Part shown: positions 27,639 through 37,242 of the stretch, piece after piece | How the letters are laid out: each line of letters opens with the position of its first letter | How positions within the stretch are numbered: the stretch's first letter is position 1 | Source of the DNA: Botrimarina sp. | Lineage (GTDB): Bacteria; Planctomycetota; Planctomycetia; Pirellulales; Lacipirellulaceae | Assembly (NCBI GenBank): GCA_965263145.1 | Contig: OZ253585.1 | Location: 261,668 to 325,667, forward strand | Length of the DNA: 64,000 nucleotides | Direction: 5' to 3' | The notes under the pieces: generated by a model | Told to the model about the DNA's origin: nothing | The model's input: the letters and a program-made list of their open reading frames with translations, nothing else | The model's database searches: none | Program-made: the position numbers and the translations under genes

Positions 27639-29363
27639 ATGAGATTTCTATTCACCCCCGCCCTGTTCTTGTTGTTGATTTTGGTTTCGGTTGCCAACGC
27701 ACAAGCTGTTGCGAGCGGTTCTAAGTATGCTGTTGCAACGGTCCACCCTGCTGCCACTCAGGCTGCCGAAGAGGTTTTCAAAGAAGGGGGCAATGCAATT
27801 GATGCCGCAGTGGCTGCGGCTTTAACGCTTAGTGTTGTCGATAATCAAAATTCAGGTATCGGTGGTGGGTGTCTTGCTTTGGTTCGTAAGTCGAGCGGTG
27901 AGTTGCTCGCTATCGATGGTCGTGAGATGGCCCCAGCCGCAGCGCATCGTGATATGTATCTTGTAGACGGTAAGGCTGATCCGCAGCTTAGCCAAACGGG
28001 CCCTCTTGCTGTTGGGGTGCCAGGAGCATTGGCGGCCTATCAAGAGTTGCTAAATCAAGCGGGTACAATGCCAATGGCTCGTTTGCTTGCTCCAGGTGAG
28101 AAGCTTGCTCGTCATGGTAGTCGTATCAATTGGGAGTATGCTCAAAGGCTTCAAGGAGTGCAAAGCAAGGTAGCGAAGTTCCCTGCAACAAAGGCGGTTC
28201 TTTTCAATTCGAATGGAAAACCAAAGCAGGAAGGTGACCTTCTTGTTCAAGCGGATCTTGCCGAGACGCATAAAGCGATTGCAGAGAATGGAATCGATTG
28301 GTTTTATCGAGGACCGTTTGCGGAGAAGGTAGGCAATTGGATGCAAGAGAATGGTGGTATTCTTACTGCCAGCGACTTTGCAAATTACCAGGTTAAAATG
28401 CGACAGCCGATCCGTACAACTTATCGTGGCTACCAAATCGTAGGATTCCCGCCGCCAAGTTCCGGTGGTATTCATGTCGCTCAAGTTCTCAATTTGCTAG
28501 AACCATATGATCTAGAAAAGATACTCAAGGATGATGCTGTGCTCGGGTATCACCTCATTGCCGAGGCAATGAAAATTGCTTTCGCAGACCGGGCACACTG
28601 GCTTGGCGACACTGATTACGTGAAGGTACCTCGTGGTTTGATCAGTAAAGCCTATGCCAACAAGCTAAGGGAACAACTAGATCCCGATGCCGCATCGAAA
28701 GTCGCTTCGTACTCCACTCCAGATAACTGGTCGGGTGATTGTTTTGGACAACATACGACCCATATTGCGACGTCCGATGCGGAGGGTAACTGGGTTGCTA
28801 TCACAGCCACGGTAAACACCACATTCGGATCGTGCGTTATTGTTCCAGGGACCGGCGTTGTGTTGAACAACGAGATGGATGACTTTTCCATTCAACCTGG
28901 AACACCAAACGCCTTTGGCTTAGTTGGCGCAGAGAACAACGCGATTGAGCCGGGCAAGCGTCCCCTCTCTAGCATGAGTCCAACGATCATTCTTGATCCA
29001 GACGGCAAGCCAATTATGACAGTTGGCGCGGCAGGCGGCCCTAAGATTATCACCCAAGTGATACTTGCAATCATTCGCCACCTCGATCAAAAGATGTCCA
29101 TTGAACAAGCGGTCGCAGCACCACGCATCCACCATCAATGGCGCCCTGCTCGTCTTGGTGTTGAGATCGCAAAGTCATCAGCAAGAGAAGATCGACATGC
29201 GGTTTCAATCGATGGCATAATTCGCCAAGGGCTACTTGAACGTGGACATGCAATCTACCGTTTACCTGCCGCCGGGGTGACTCAAGCAATTGTCGTTGAC
29301 GGGGCGGGCAAGCTAAGAGCAGCCCATGACCCAAGAGTCCCAGGTAAAGCTTGGGCTGAGTAA
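27639..29363 (+). CDS. ggt: Gamma-glutamyltranspeptidase
   Basis: Signal peptide. The autocatalytic Thr block GQHTTHIATSDAEGNWVAITATVNTTFGS and the C-terminal GGxxGG region are typical of the GGT family. Size is 574 aa. Confidence 0.9.
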   Translation: MRFLFTPALFLLLILVSVANAQAVASGSKYAVATVHPAATQAAEEVFKEGGNAIDAAVAAALTLSVVDNQNSGIGGGCLALVRKSSGELLAIDGREMAPAAAHRDMYLVDGKADPQLSQTGPLAVGVPGALAAYQELLNQAGTMPMARLLAPGEKLARHGSRINWEYAQRLQGVQSKVAKFPATKAVLFNSNGKPKQEGDLLVQADLAETHKAIAENGIDWFYRGPFAEKVGNWMQENGGILTASDFANYQVKMRQPIRTTYRGYQIVGFPPPSSGGIHVAQVLNLLEPYDLEKILKDDAVLGYHLIAEAMKIAFADRAHWLGDTDYVKVPRGLISKAYANKLREQLDPDAASKVASYSTPDNWSGDCFGQHTTHIATSDAEGNWVAITATVNTTFGSCVIVPGTGVVLNNEMDDFSIQPGTPNAFGLVGAENNAIEPGKRPLSSMSPTIILDPDGKPIMTVGAAGGPKIITQVILAIIRHLDQKMSIEQAVAAPRIHHQWRPARLGVEIAKSSAREDRHAVSIDGIIRQGLLERGHAIYRLPAAGVTQAIVVDGAGKLRAAHDPRVPGKAWAE

Positions 29364-29365
29364 GG

Positions 29366-29581
29366 TCATATTCCCTTCTGGAGGTTCTTGAGTACTTCTT
29401 GTTCAAATTCTTTACCCTTGTGCATCGCTTCCATTGCCTCTGAGGATAGCGGAATTCGGTACTTTCTTGCGACTGCAAAGAATTTGTCTGGGTTTGCGTA
29501 TATATAGAAAGCTACTTGGCCATCACTTTGGAGTCCGATGAAACGTTTCTTTAAGCCGGTGATTTTTAGAAGTGAATTCAT
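29366..29581 (-). CDS. Small hypothetical ORF (71 aa). The frame stays open upstream to 29731 without an ATG.
   Basis: From the ORF track only. It lies in the same frame as the upstream 29732..31291 gene, separated only by its TAG stop (see findings). Confidence 0.25.
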   Translation of the reverse strand: MNSLLKITGLKKRFIGLQSDGQVAFYIYANPDKFFAVARKYRIPLSSEAMEAMHKGKEFEQEVLKNLQKGI

Positions 29582-29731
29582 AGCTTGTACAACGGCCTCG
29601 ACATCATACCAATCTCCATAGTTTTTAGCTTCAAAGCGATATAAAGTTTCGTTGTGAATAAACTGTACGGTGTAGGGGGCCTCGAAGTCTTCGTCATGTT
29701 TTTGGCGCCAGATTTCGCTCGGTGATTCTAT

Positions 29732-31291
29732 CTATAAGTCCCCAAGGGTCGTGTGCGCAAAATCCAAAAACAGGCGATCATGATTGCATGGCAGCATGCC
29801 TGTTTCTACGTCGAATGCAATCAGCTGTTTAGTGTATCCTAGTAAAGCGACAAGCTCAGAAGGGTCTGTGATATCTACTTCAGGCATCTCATCTTTCTTG
29901 CGAATTGCGTTCATACCGAGTAGAGTCTCTTCAAATGATTTGCTATTGACGATCACCTCTTTTAGGTCATTGAAAGCCGTTTCTAGGTTTAACCCTTCAA
30001 GTTTCCATGCTACCCACATTTCTGCTTGAGGAGATAGCCGTTGGCGATTTGCTTGAATGTGCTCTCTGCCTTTTTCACCAAGCTGATCAAACATTAATTT
30101 AGTTGTTTCAATCGAGATAGATTCAGAACCTTTGTCGATGATTGGGATAATTGTATTTGCATCTTCTTCACTGGCATGTTCGGTTAAAATTTCAATTGCC
30201 ATTCTGGAGGATCGATCCGATTCTATATGCTGAACAATGCGTTCAACGGCTGTCTCTGGTTGTAATCTTGCTATCGCTTTTAGAGCGTAAAGGCGACTTG
30301 TGAGATCTCTAGCGTTGATATGTATGTCTTCAAGTATATCTAGCGAATCCTCGTCTGCTGTCCTCGTAAGGGCGTGTGCCAGTGATTGCTCGTAGCGCTC
30401 ATTGGGATAATTTAGCGTGTGGGCATGCAGTGCTTTTCCGATGGGAACTGATACTTTAGGATCCGGGTTCTCTAGTAGTACCTTTAATGGGAAAGTTAGC
30501 CATGCGCTGTGTGATTCTTGTGTTGGATCGAACAGGAAAGGCAGCATAACTTCCACGGATTTTGGTTTCGTGGCTACTTTTAGGAGTTGCTCACAGACTG
30601 TAGAAGGATCGTCAAAGTAGTCATCTTCAATAAGCTTGATCAACTTTTCTTCAGTACCTGATAACTGTTTATTTGTTGCTAATTTTATTGCTTCTAATCG
30701 GACAGATTTATCGGAGTCTACGAGCATATTTAGGATGGTTTCAGTACGTCCATCGTTGTTGAAGTCAATCTCTATAAACCAGTCACCTAACATCTTAAGA
30801 GATTGGAGTCTTGTTTCACTGTCTTTTGATTCTAGGGCAGTGAATAGGTACTCTTCCCCCGAAGTGTCGCCGAGCTGAATTAGTGCATGGGCAGCCCTGG
30901 CCTTAGCTGTGATGGTGCGTTTCTTATCTCGAAGAATGGCTTGAAGAGTTTCTTTACTTCTCTGTTTTTGTTGTTCCAAAGCCCAGAGGTGCTCCAGGTA
31001 TATGTCTTCACCATTATTGATAGTAATAAGTGCTTGCCTCTGCAGAGTAGCAACCTCTTCTTCATAAAGAGCTATTGCTTTGGTAATTTCTTTCGGATCT
31101 TTTATTGCAGTTAGATTACTAAAGTTATCACTCGTGTCGCTCCGATTGGCAGTATCTAATGCACCTGAAGTTTCATTGATAGAGTTTGACTCTGATTCAT
31201 TTGAGAGTACATCTGTTGGATCGCTTTGGGGGAAACATCCGATAGCGAAAATTAGAGTGATCAAGATGATGAATGAAGGATATATCGCCAT
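29732..31291 (-). CDS. Secreted helical-repeat (HEAT/ARM-like) protein, hypothetical
   Basis: N-terminal signal peptide (MAIYPSFIILITLIFAIGCF). Repeated leucine-rich helical segments. Confidence 0.45.
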   Translation of the reverse strand: MAIYPSFIILITLIFAIGCFPQSDPTDVLSNESESNSINETSGALDTANRSDTSDNFSNLTAIKDPKEITKAIALYEEEVATLQRQALITINNGEDIYLEHLWALEQQKQRSKETLQAILRDKKRTITAKARAAHALIQLGDTSGEEYLFTALESKDSETRLQSLKMLGDWFIEIDFNNDGRTETILNMLVDSDKSVRLEAIKLATNKQLSGTEEKLIKLIEDDYFDDPSTVCEQLLKVATKPKSVEVMLPFLFDPTQESHSAWLTFPLKVLLENPDPKVSVPIGKALHAHTLNYPNERYEQSLAHALTRTADEDSLDILEDIHINARDLTSRLYALKAIARLQPETAVERIVQHIESDRSSRMAIEILTEHASEEDANTIIPIIDKGSESISIETTKLMFDQLGEKGREHIQANRQRLSPQAEMWVAWKLEGLNLETAFNDLKEVIVNSKSFEETLLGMNAIRKKDEMPEVDITDPSELVALLGYTKQLIAFDVETGMLPCNHDRLFLDFAHTTLGDL

Positions 31292-31448
31292 ATTAATGAC
31301 TCTGTGGTAAAGTTTGCTGTATAAGAATACTTAAAGAGAAATATAGCTTTGGAAGCCAAGAAGGTCGACCATTGAATGGTGAGGAGCGAGAAGCTTAACT
31401 GCTATTAAACCGCAGGCCGAGATTGCTCTCGGCCTGCGTCGTCAGTTT

Positions 31449-32552
31449 CTACAAGAGGTTAACAACCCGGTCGGCTAGGCCTTTTTCGCCTAGCACGACG
31501 TTTAGGTTGCTGGTCGTTGCAACCTTCTCCAGAACTTCCAGTTCTCGGAGACGCATAAGCGTTGGGTTGTCAGCAAGCAACTTTGCCGTGTTAGCTTGGC
31601 TACGCATCGCAGCGGTCTCTTTACGACGTGCAATCAAGTTAGCCTCGGCTGCTTTCTTTGCCTCAGTAACCTTGTTCATCAAGTCCTTCATATCGCCAGG
31701 CAGGATGACATCACGTACACCTACCGTTACGATTTCAAGACCTAATGAACCAGCACGCTTGCGCACTTGCTCTTCGAATTCATCGGTCACGACATCCTTG
31801 TCTGACAGAAACGAATCTAAGTCTCGCGTGCCGACAATAGCACGCAATGCAAGTTGAGTTTCACGATACAGCGATTGGCGTGCACCGTCGGAGACCGTAA
31901 TCGCTTTGTGAGCGTCAACGATTCGATAAGTTACCATTGCGTTCATACGTAGAGTTACCTTGTCAGCGGTCATGATGTCTTGACCAGAGACGTCCAAAGT
32001 TTGCTCACGCATGTCGACTTCAACGACCTTCGAATCGGCAACATTCTTCCAGAAGGCGTACTGGCCAGAAGCCAGCGTCTCGACATAGTCACCATCTTGG
32101 AACGAAACTCCTAAGTGGTTGCGTTCAACCGAGCAGACGTCAAGCAGTTGCGAAGCGTACGGCGAAGCAACAATCGCTTTGATGTCCTCGTGCTGGAATC
32201 GAACCTCGCTGGTATCGATTACCTCGATTTGAACCTCCTTGAATCCGGTCCAGTAAGCGTAAAGACCCGGTGGCAAGGCATGGCTAAAACGTCCTTCGAT
32301 CCATACGAGCGCACGTTGGTTGTCCTTCAGGTCAACAACCTTTGCTTTACCGGTGAGAGCTCCACTTTTGACGATGATGTCAAGCTGCTCATGCTTGATC
32401 CATGGATCACGCATCGAGACAACCTCAACATGCATTTTCCAGAGAGGATCAAAGATACAATGCTTTCCAGCGGTTAGCAATCTCTTGAATTCACCATCTC
32501 GGAAGCAGAGTCCGATTTCATAGCTACGAATTTTTACACGTTTGAACAACAC
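31449..32552 (-). CDS. SPFH/band-7 (stomatin/HflC-like) domain protein
   Basis: The C-terminal half (LRMNAMVTYRIVDAHKA...YRETQLALRAIVGTRDLDSFLSDKDVV...GLEIVTVGVRDVILPGDMKDLMNKVTEAKKAAEANLI) matches the SPFH fold with a coiled-coil tail. Confidence 0.7.
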   Translation of the reverse strand: MLFKRVKIRSYEIGLCFRDGEFKRLLTAGKHCIFDPLWKMHVEVVSMRDPWIKHEQLDIIVKSGALTGKAKVVDLKDNQRALVWIEGRFSHALPPGLYAYWTGFKEVQIEVIDTSEVRFQHEDIKAIVASPYASQLLDVCSVERNHLGVSFQDGDYVETLASGQYAFWKNVADSKVVEVDMREQTLDVSGQDIMTADKVTLRMNAMVTYRIVDAHKAITVSDGARQSLYRETQLALRAIVGTRDLDSFLSDKDVVTDEFEEQVRKRAGSLGLEIVTVGVRDVILPGDMKDLMNKVTEAKKAAEANLIARRKETAAMRSQANTAKLLADNPTLMRLRELEVLEKVATTSNLNVVLGEKGLADRVVNLL

Positions 32553-33002
32553 GAAGCTGTCTCTCCTTTCTGGCCGAATTAGGTTGCGGTCGGCTCACCA
32601 CGTTCATCAAGTAATAGATAATCCCAAGCTTCTGTCTTGGGCTTTGGTTATGGAATGTTAAAAACCCGCAGGTAGCGAAGTCGGCCATCGGATCACACCT
32701 CCGTTCGCGGAGTGCTGTTTGAGCGGTCATGTTCGCTGACTCTTCCAGTTGCTTGCTTCGCATAAGGCCTCACGAGCAATGCTCATATGACGATATACGA
32801 TATCGACAACCATCAGAGTCCGCGTGCGTGAGGCGGTATCCACGCACTGCATAGCGTCGGTAAATGTTACTACAGCGAGTTTGGTACTTGCCGAAGCTTG
32901 TGCCAACTTGCGTAGTAGATCAAACGGACGTTCACTAACTTTGGGGCTCATCGAGACGCTTTTCGCGCCAGTCCCTCTCTGGGACACAGGTTCTTGGCCT
33001 GC

Positions 33003-33075
33003 GTTGTGGTACGGGAATCGAACCCGTGGCTGCTAGATCAATAGTCTAGTGCTCTACCTACTGAGCTAACCAATG
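33003..33075 (-). pseudogene. tRNA-like sequence with non-pairing acceptor stem and non-standard anticodon (ATT). Possible tRNA pseudogene or att remnant.
   Basis: The reverse complement has canonical D arm (TA-GCTC-AGTAGGTA-GAGC), anticodon stem (CTAGA/TCTAG) and T arm (ACGGG-TTCGATT-CCCGT). The 5' acceptor CATTGGT cannot pair with the 3' ACCACAA. The anticodon loop is CTATTGA. Confidence 0.35.
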
Positions 33076-33294
33076 GTGATCTGTCTTCACTTTCGTTAGA
33101 GTCCATGCACGGAACACACTACGCCAACTGCCTGGGGCAGGACGCAGGGCGCCGCTGGCCCAGCGATTTCAAATCTTGCTTGTAGTTCGTCATAAATCCG
33201 CCGGCTAGGAGTTGAATCTACCCTGCTCGTTGGAGCGGTTGGTTCAAAGCCACTTGGGCGCGCCAATGTCCAGTCGATGCGTCGATTTCTTTAG

Positions 33295-33368
33295 TAGCAC
33301 GAAAGGGATTCGAACCCCTATCCACCAAGGTTTGAGCTTGGTCGCTCTGCCTGTTGGCGTACCGTGCC
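33295..33368 (-). tRNA. tRNA, anticodon CAA, class I (short variable loop). Identity uncertain.
   Basis: GGCACGG-TA-CGCC-AACAGGCAG-AGCG-A-CCAAG-CTCAAAC-CTTGG-TGGAT-AGGGG-TTCGAAT-CCCTT-TCGTGCT-A. All stems pair, with G-U at 1-72 and 7-66 and a 3-bp D stem. Anticodon loop CTCAAAC. Confidence 0.55.
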
Positions 33369-33386
33369 AATAAATTATTTCATAAG

Positions 33387-33461
33387 CGTCCCTGATGGGA
33401 TTTGAACCCACGATCTCCTGCGTGACAGGCAGGCGAGCACTCCAGGCTGCTCCACAAGGAC
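33387..33461 (-). tRNA. tRNA-Asp (anticodon GTC)
   Basis: GTCCTTG-TG-GAGC-AGCCTGGAGT-GCTC-G-CCTGC-CTGTCAC-GCAGG-AGATC-GTGGG-TTCAAAT-CCCAT-CAGGGAC-G. The anticodon arm is identical to the E. coli tRNA-Asp arm. Confidence 0.85.
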
Positions 33462-33474
33462 TAAGTTCTACTAG

Positions 33475-33548
33475 TACCCAGGGCAGGATTCGAACCTGCA
33501 AACACCTGATTCTAAGTCAGGTCGCTCAGCCAGTTGGCGTACCTGGGC
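33475..33548 (-). tRNA. tRNA, anticodon TAG, class I. Identity uncertain.
   Basis: GCCCAGG-TA-CGCC-AACTGGCTG-AGCG-A-CCTGA-CTTAGAA-TCAGG-TGTTT-GCAGG-TTCGAAT-CCTGC-CCTGGGT-A. Shares the D-arm sequence with the CAA tRNA. Confidence 0.55.
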
Positions 33549-33667
33549 GTGATGGAATTTGTATTGAGTTAGGGTGGCTGGATTCGAACGATCGAGATCT
33601 CCCGATTCCAAAGCATAAGCTCTATTATTAGTGTTAGGGGGTCCAAGCTATCCTACGCTCTGTTTAG

Positions 33668-33738
33668 TGCGCCCAGCCGGAATCGAACCGACACACCCTG
33701 CATGGCAAGCAGGGAGGCTGCCACTACATCATGAGCGC
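33668..33738 (-). tRNA. tRNA-Gly (anticodon GCC)-like, with irregular D arm
   Basis: Acceptor GCGCTCA/TGGGCGC pairs. Anticodon arm CCTGC-TTGCCAT-GCAGG matches the Gly-GCC loop. T arm GTCGG-TTCGATT-CCGGC. The D-arm region ATGTAGTGGCAGCCTC does not pair cleanly. Confidence 0.5.
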
Positions 33739-34122
33739 CAAGTTTTACTGTGAAGTGCTAAGGCAACAAAAAAGGCCCCGTGTCTTTATGACACAGGGCC
33801 TTGCTATCTCTTAAAGAGTCAGGCCAAGTGTCATGATGCCCTGCCATCACTGCCGAGCGCGCAGCCGGGGTAGAGATATCCTAATATCGCTAGCAGATTA
33901 TCAATCGAGCCACCGTTATTAGGCTGAAGGTTCGTATAGTTTGGTCTTGAATACAACATGGTAGGAATTGCCGTTAATGGCTTTGAGTTGGTGTGTCTGT
34001 GGGCTAAGAGGCAGATCGACAATTTAGGTTCGCAACAAAATAAAAAACCTTCCCAGCTACGAAGCGGAGAAGGTTTATAAGTGAATTGCATCATGCTCTC
34101 TAATCGAAAAGACAAAGAGCCA

Positions 34123-37100
34123 CTATCGCAGATTACCTGCCAAGCAGGCCAATGCGGTAACAAGCATAAGAGCACTCGTTGGTTCAGGTATAGCAACCGA
34201 GGCGGAGGCTTGAATCTGGGTTCCATAATTGGCGGACCATAGATTGTAGTCATCTTGATCTACAACTCCATCAAGGTTGGCATCAGCAGCCAAAGTGATT
34301 CCCGTTTGACCTAGTTCATCTCGCCAGATGGTATAGTCAGCAGCATCAACACTACCATCGTTGTTGAAGTCGCCCATAAGGGTGACCGAGATTTCACCTG
34401 TTGTTAATAACTCGGAAGTGTTCCAAGTTAGCCCAGCTGACAGAGCAGGTAACTGAACTGAATCAAAACTACCTGTAACCGTCGCGAAATCGAGAAGATC
34501 GAAGCTATCACCTGCCTCTGGGGTAAACGATTGGCTTAAGCTAATTGTCAGAGAACCCCCGTCGAGAGTGACATCGCCTTGTACTTCGAGCTTGTCACTG
34601 TTGGCATCGCTGTAGATGTCTAGCTCAAGTGCTGCACCTACCTCGTGCAAGTAGTCTCCTGCGACAAGAATGAAAGCGGGGGACACTAATTGCTCCGTAA
34701 CAACGCTCCCATCAAAAGTAATTCTGGTAGTTACATCCAAGAAGCCATCCGCTTCGTCGCTAAGTACGAGATTATCGATGTGTCCACCCGAATAAACATG
34801 TAATGACCAAAGCTGAATGCCTGCCGTGCCATCATCTTCATCAAAGTCACGGTCATTTAGTAGGTAACTCATATCGGCGCTAGATGACAGACCAGCTTCT
34901 CCAAGACTGACATCCGGGTTAACCCACCATTCGAGTGTATCGTTACCTGTTGCTAAGCTTAATTTACCAACGATAAGCTGAACATCATTGGTGCTTGCAG
35001 TGCTTGGTGAAAAATTACTTAGGTCGTTTGGATTACCGTCAACGAAGAAATCGAGCGTTGCTCCTTGATCTCTTAGCAAAAAGCGATTGTCAAAAATGTT
35101 GCCGTGACCATCAATGTTGATTCCAGCACGACCGCCAGCATCTACTTGTGCCAAGAAGGAAAACCAAACATCTCCATTCAAATCGGTTTGGATAGAACGT
35201 TCGACAGAAGATGCGCCACCAGAAAGTCGTGCCAAATGCTGGCCGTCGCCATCCTGAGTCAGGCCGTAGTTTGTACTTGCTGGGGCAACAAGATCGCCAC
35301 TTACGACATTGATTGTGCCGCCTGAACCGGCGTTCTCCTCTGTATAGGAACTTGACCAGCCAGTACCACCATCCTGTCCCGTAACAACGCCAAGATCGAG
35401 ATCATTGAAGTTTGCAACAACAGGGCCTGATACAGATACAAATTCAGAAGCGACATTAATGGTAGATCCTGAACGAGCAGTTAAGTTACCAAGGATGACG
35501 CCGACACCTTCAACTTTTGAGCCTGTCTGAGATTCGATATCAGCTGCAATAATTTGAGGAAGGGTTTGATTAGCAATAGCTGTTGGTGTGTTAGGCATAC
35601 TTCTCAACTGGAAGGTTTCGCCATTGGCAACAGTCTTTAGGGCGTGAGAGGCAATTCCAAGGTTATTGACTCGGTGTGCTTGGATGTCTTGGTGCACAGC
35701 CCGAAAAGCTTGATAAGCATTACGGTCTTGTCCAACGGTTGCAGCGAGGTTGTTTAATTCCCAAATGTCATTCTGAGTGTCGTAAATCTCGACATAGGCA
35801 GGCAACTCGTCCGATTCATCATCGTAAGTATAGAAAACCTCATAGCGTCCATCGTAACCAGCTAGGATTGGCTTGTTGCCTGCGAAGGTTGATTCCCAGA
35901 TTTCGACGATGTTCGTATTGCGTACCCCAGCACCGTTGCCATTGTCGCTAAACAAGTTCTTGATGCTACTGCCTTGCATGGCTTGAGGGATTTGCGCTCC
36001 AGCGATATCTAAGATTGTGGGTGCAATGTCGACGTTTGAAACTTGACGATCATCCGTACGGCCGGTGTCAACACCAGGACCCATCACCATGAAAGGTACT
36101 CGGGCTGCTTGGTCAAACGGTAGCGACTTACTTGTCATGCCGTGGTCACCAATCATCCATCCGTTATCCGACATGAAGAAGACGTAAGTGTTGTCGATAA
36201 GCATGTGCCCTGGATTACGCGGGTCAGCGGTTGTATTGAGCTTGTCAATTAAGGGAGTTAGCATGTCGTCAAGCTCAGTGATGACGGCATAGTATTCACT
36301 TGTGTGGTCAGCTAGTTCATTGGGATCACCATAGAGATACCGGTTGTCGTTCTGAGCCAGCGTTCGGTTACGAATGTTCTCGTAGTAAGCAGGTTTGTTC
36401 TCTAGGTTGTCGTCCCAGTTACCTGGCAAGTTGTTTACATTGTTGGGAGCATCATAGAAATCAGTCGCATCGTACTTCGCCAAGTTTTCAGGCAACGCAT
36501 CCCAAGCCAAGTTGCCATTTAGGTGAGGTGTTTGGGTGTTGTGCCAGAGAAAGAAAGGCTTGTCAGCGGAGAGAGATTGATCGATGAAGTCAGCCGAGCG
36601 ATCAGCCGCATAGGCATCAATATGTTGGTTGCCAGGTTTAGCTGGGGCATTCGGATCGGAAATGTCTCGATAGTTGCGATAGTAGCTACCATTGCTGTTG
36701 TAAGTTGCGTAGTAATCGAACCCTAAGGCTTGTTGATCAAGTGCATTTCCTAAGTGCCATTTGCCTGTTACGCCGGTCGCGTAGCCTGCGTTTTGAAGTT
36801 CGACACCCAACCGTGGCGAATTGGCGTTAACGCTGTCGCCAAGATTCTCAACACCATTGGTTTGATTGAATTGACCGGTAGTAATTGTCGCACGGGATGG
36901 ACTACAAACAGGTAAGGCAGCACGTGCTTGAGTAAAGCGAACCCCTTGCTGCGCAATCATATCCATGGTTGATGTTTGGATAATGGAATTGCCGTTGGCA
37001 GCCAGTGCGTTGTACTGCTGGTCGTCAGTAAAGATGAAAACAATATTAGGCTGTTGGGCTAATGCCGACTGAGCACATACGAATAACAAGCCTGTGATTA

Positions 37101-37134
37101 AACAACGTAACATGGGATGCCTTTTCAATATCAA
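34123..37134 (-). CDS. Sulfatase (N-terminal) fused to a long beta-rich region with dockerin-like repeat and C-terminal PEP-CTERM anchor
   Basis: Signal peptide. Sulfatase signature PVCSPSRATITTGQ (C-x-P-x-R) and GKWHLG. Near the C-terminus DFNNDGSVDAADYTIWRDELGQ...DANLDGVVDQDDYNLW (dockerin-like). Terminal IPEPTSALMLVTALACLAGNLR is a PEP-CTERM. Confidence 0.8.
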   Translation of the reverse strand: MILKRHPMLRCLITGLLFVCAQSALAQQPNIVFIFTDDQQYNALAANGNSIIQTSTMDMIAQQGVRFTQARAALPVCSPSRATITTGQFNQTNGVENLGDSVNANSPRLGVELQNAGYATGVTGKWHLGNALDQQALGFDYYATYNSNGSYYRNYRDISDPNAPAKPGNQHIDAYAADRSADFIDQSLSADKPFFLWHNTQTPHLNGNLAWDALPENLAKYDATDFYDAPNNVNNLPGNWDDNLENKPAYYENIRNRTLAQNDNRYLYGDPNELADHTSEYYAVITELDDMLTPLIDKLNTTADPRNPGHMLIDNTYVFFMSDNGWMIGDHGMTSKSLPFDQAARVPFMVMGPGVDTGRTDDRQVSNVDIAPTILDIAGAQIPQAMQGSSIKNLFSDNGNGAGVRNTNIVEIWESTFAGNKPILAGYDGRYEVFYTYDDESDELPAYVEIYDTQNDIWELNNLAATVGQDRNAYQAFRAVHQDIQAHRVNNLGIASHALKTVANGETFQLRSMPNTPTAIANQTLPQIIAADIESQTGSKVEGVGVILGNLTARSGSTINVASEFVSVSGPVVANFNDLDLGVVTGQDGGTGWSSSYTEENAGSGGTINVVSGDLVAPASTNYGLTQDGDGQHLARLSGGASSVERSIQTDLNGDVWFSFLAQVDAGGRAGINIDGHGNIFDNRFLLRDQGATLDFFVDGNPNDLSNFSPSTASTNDVQLIVGKLSLATGNDTLEWWVNPDVSLGEAGLSSSADMSYLLNDRDFDEDDGTAGIQLWSLHVYSGGHIDNLVLSDEADGFLDVTTRITFDGSVVTEQLVSPAFILVAGDYLHEVGAALELDIYSDANSDKLEVQGDVTLDGGSLTISLSQSFTPEAGDSFDLLDFATVTGSFDSVQLPALSAGLTWNTSELLTTGEISVTLMGDFNNDGSVDAADYTIWRDELGQTGITLAADANLDGVVDQDDYNLWSANYGTQIQASASVAIPEPTSALMLVTALACLAGNLR

Positions 37135-37242
37135 AACAGTTGTTCGATAGGTAGAATTGGTTTTTATATAGGTATTTTAAAAGAAACCACCATCAATCTC
37201 TAACGATTGATGGTGGTTTTAAATTCTTTCAGCAAAAAATAT

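Noticed and set aside
33100-33145. Plus-strand stretch TACGCCAACTG identical to the D-arm region of the minus-strand tRNAs
   Set aside because: It is an 11-nt match with no surrounding tRNA structure on the plus strand. Probably coincidental or a tiny fragment.
33831-34253. 140-aa minus-strand ORF
   Set aside because: It overlaps the 3' end of the sulfatase-PEP-CTERM gene in another frame and the tRNA-flanking spacer. It is Pro/Leu-rich with no features and looks like a chance ORF.
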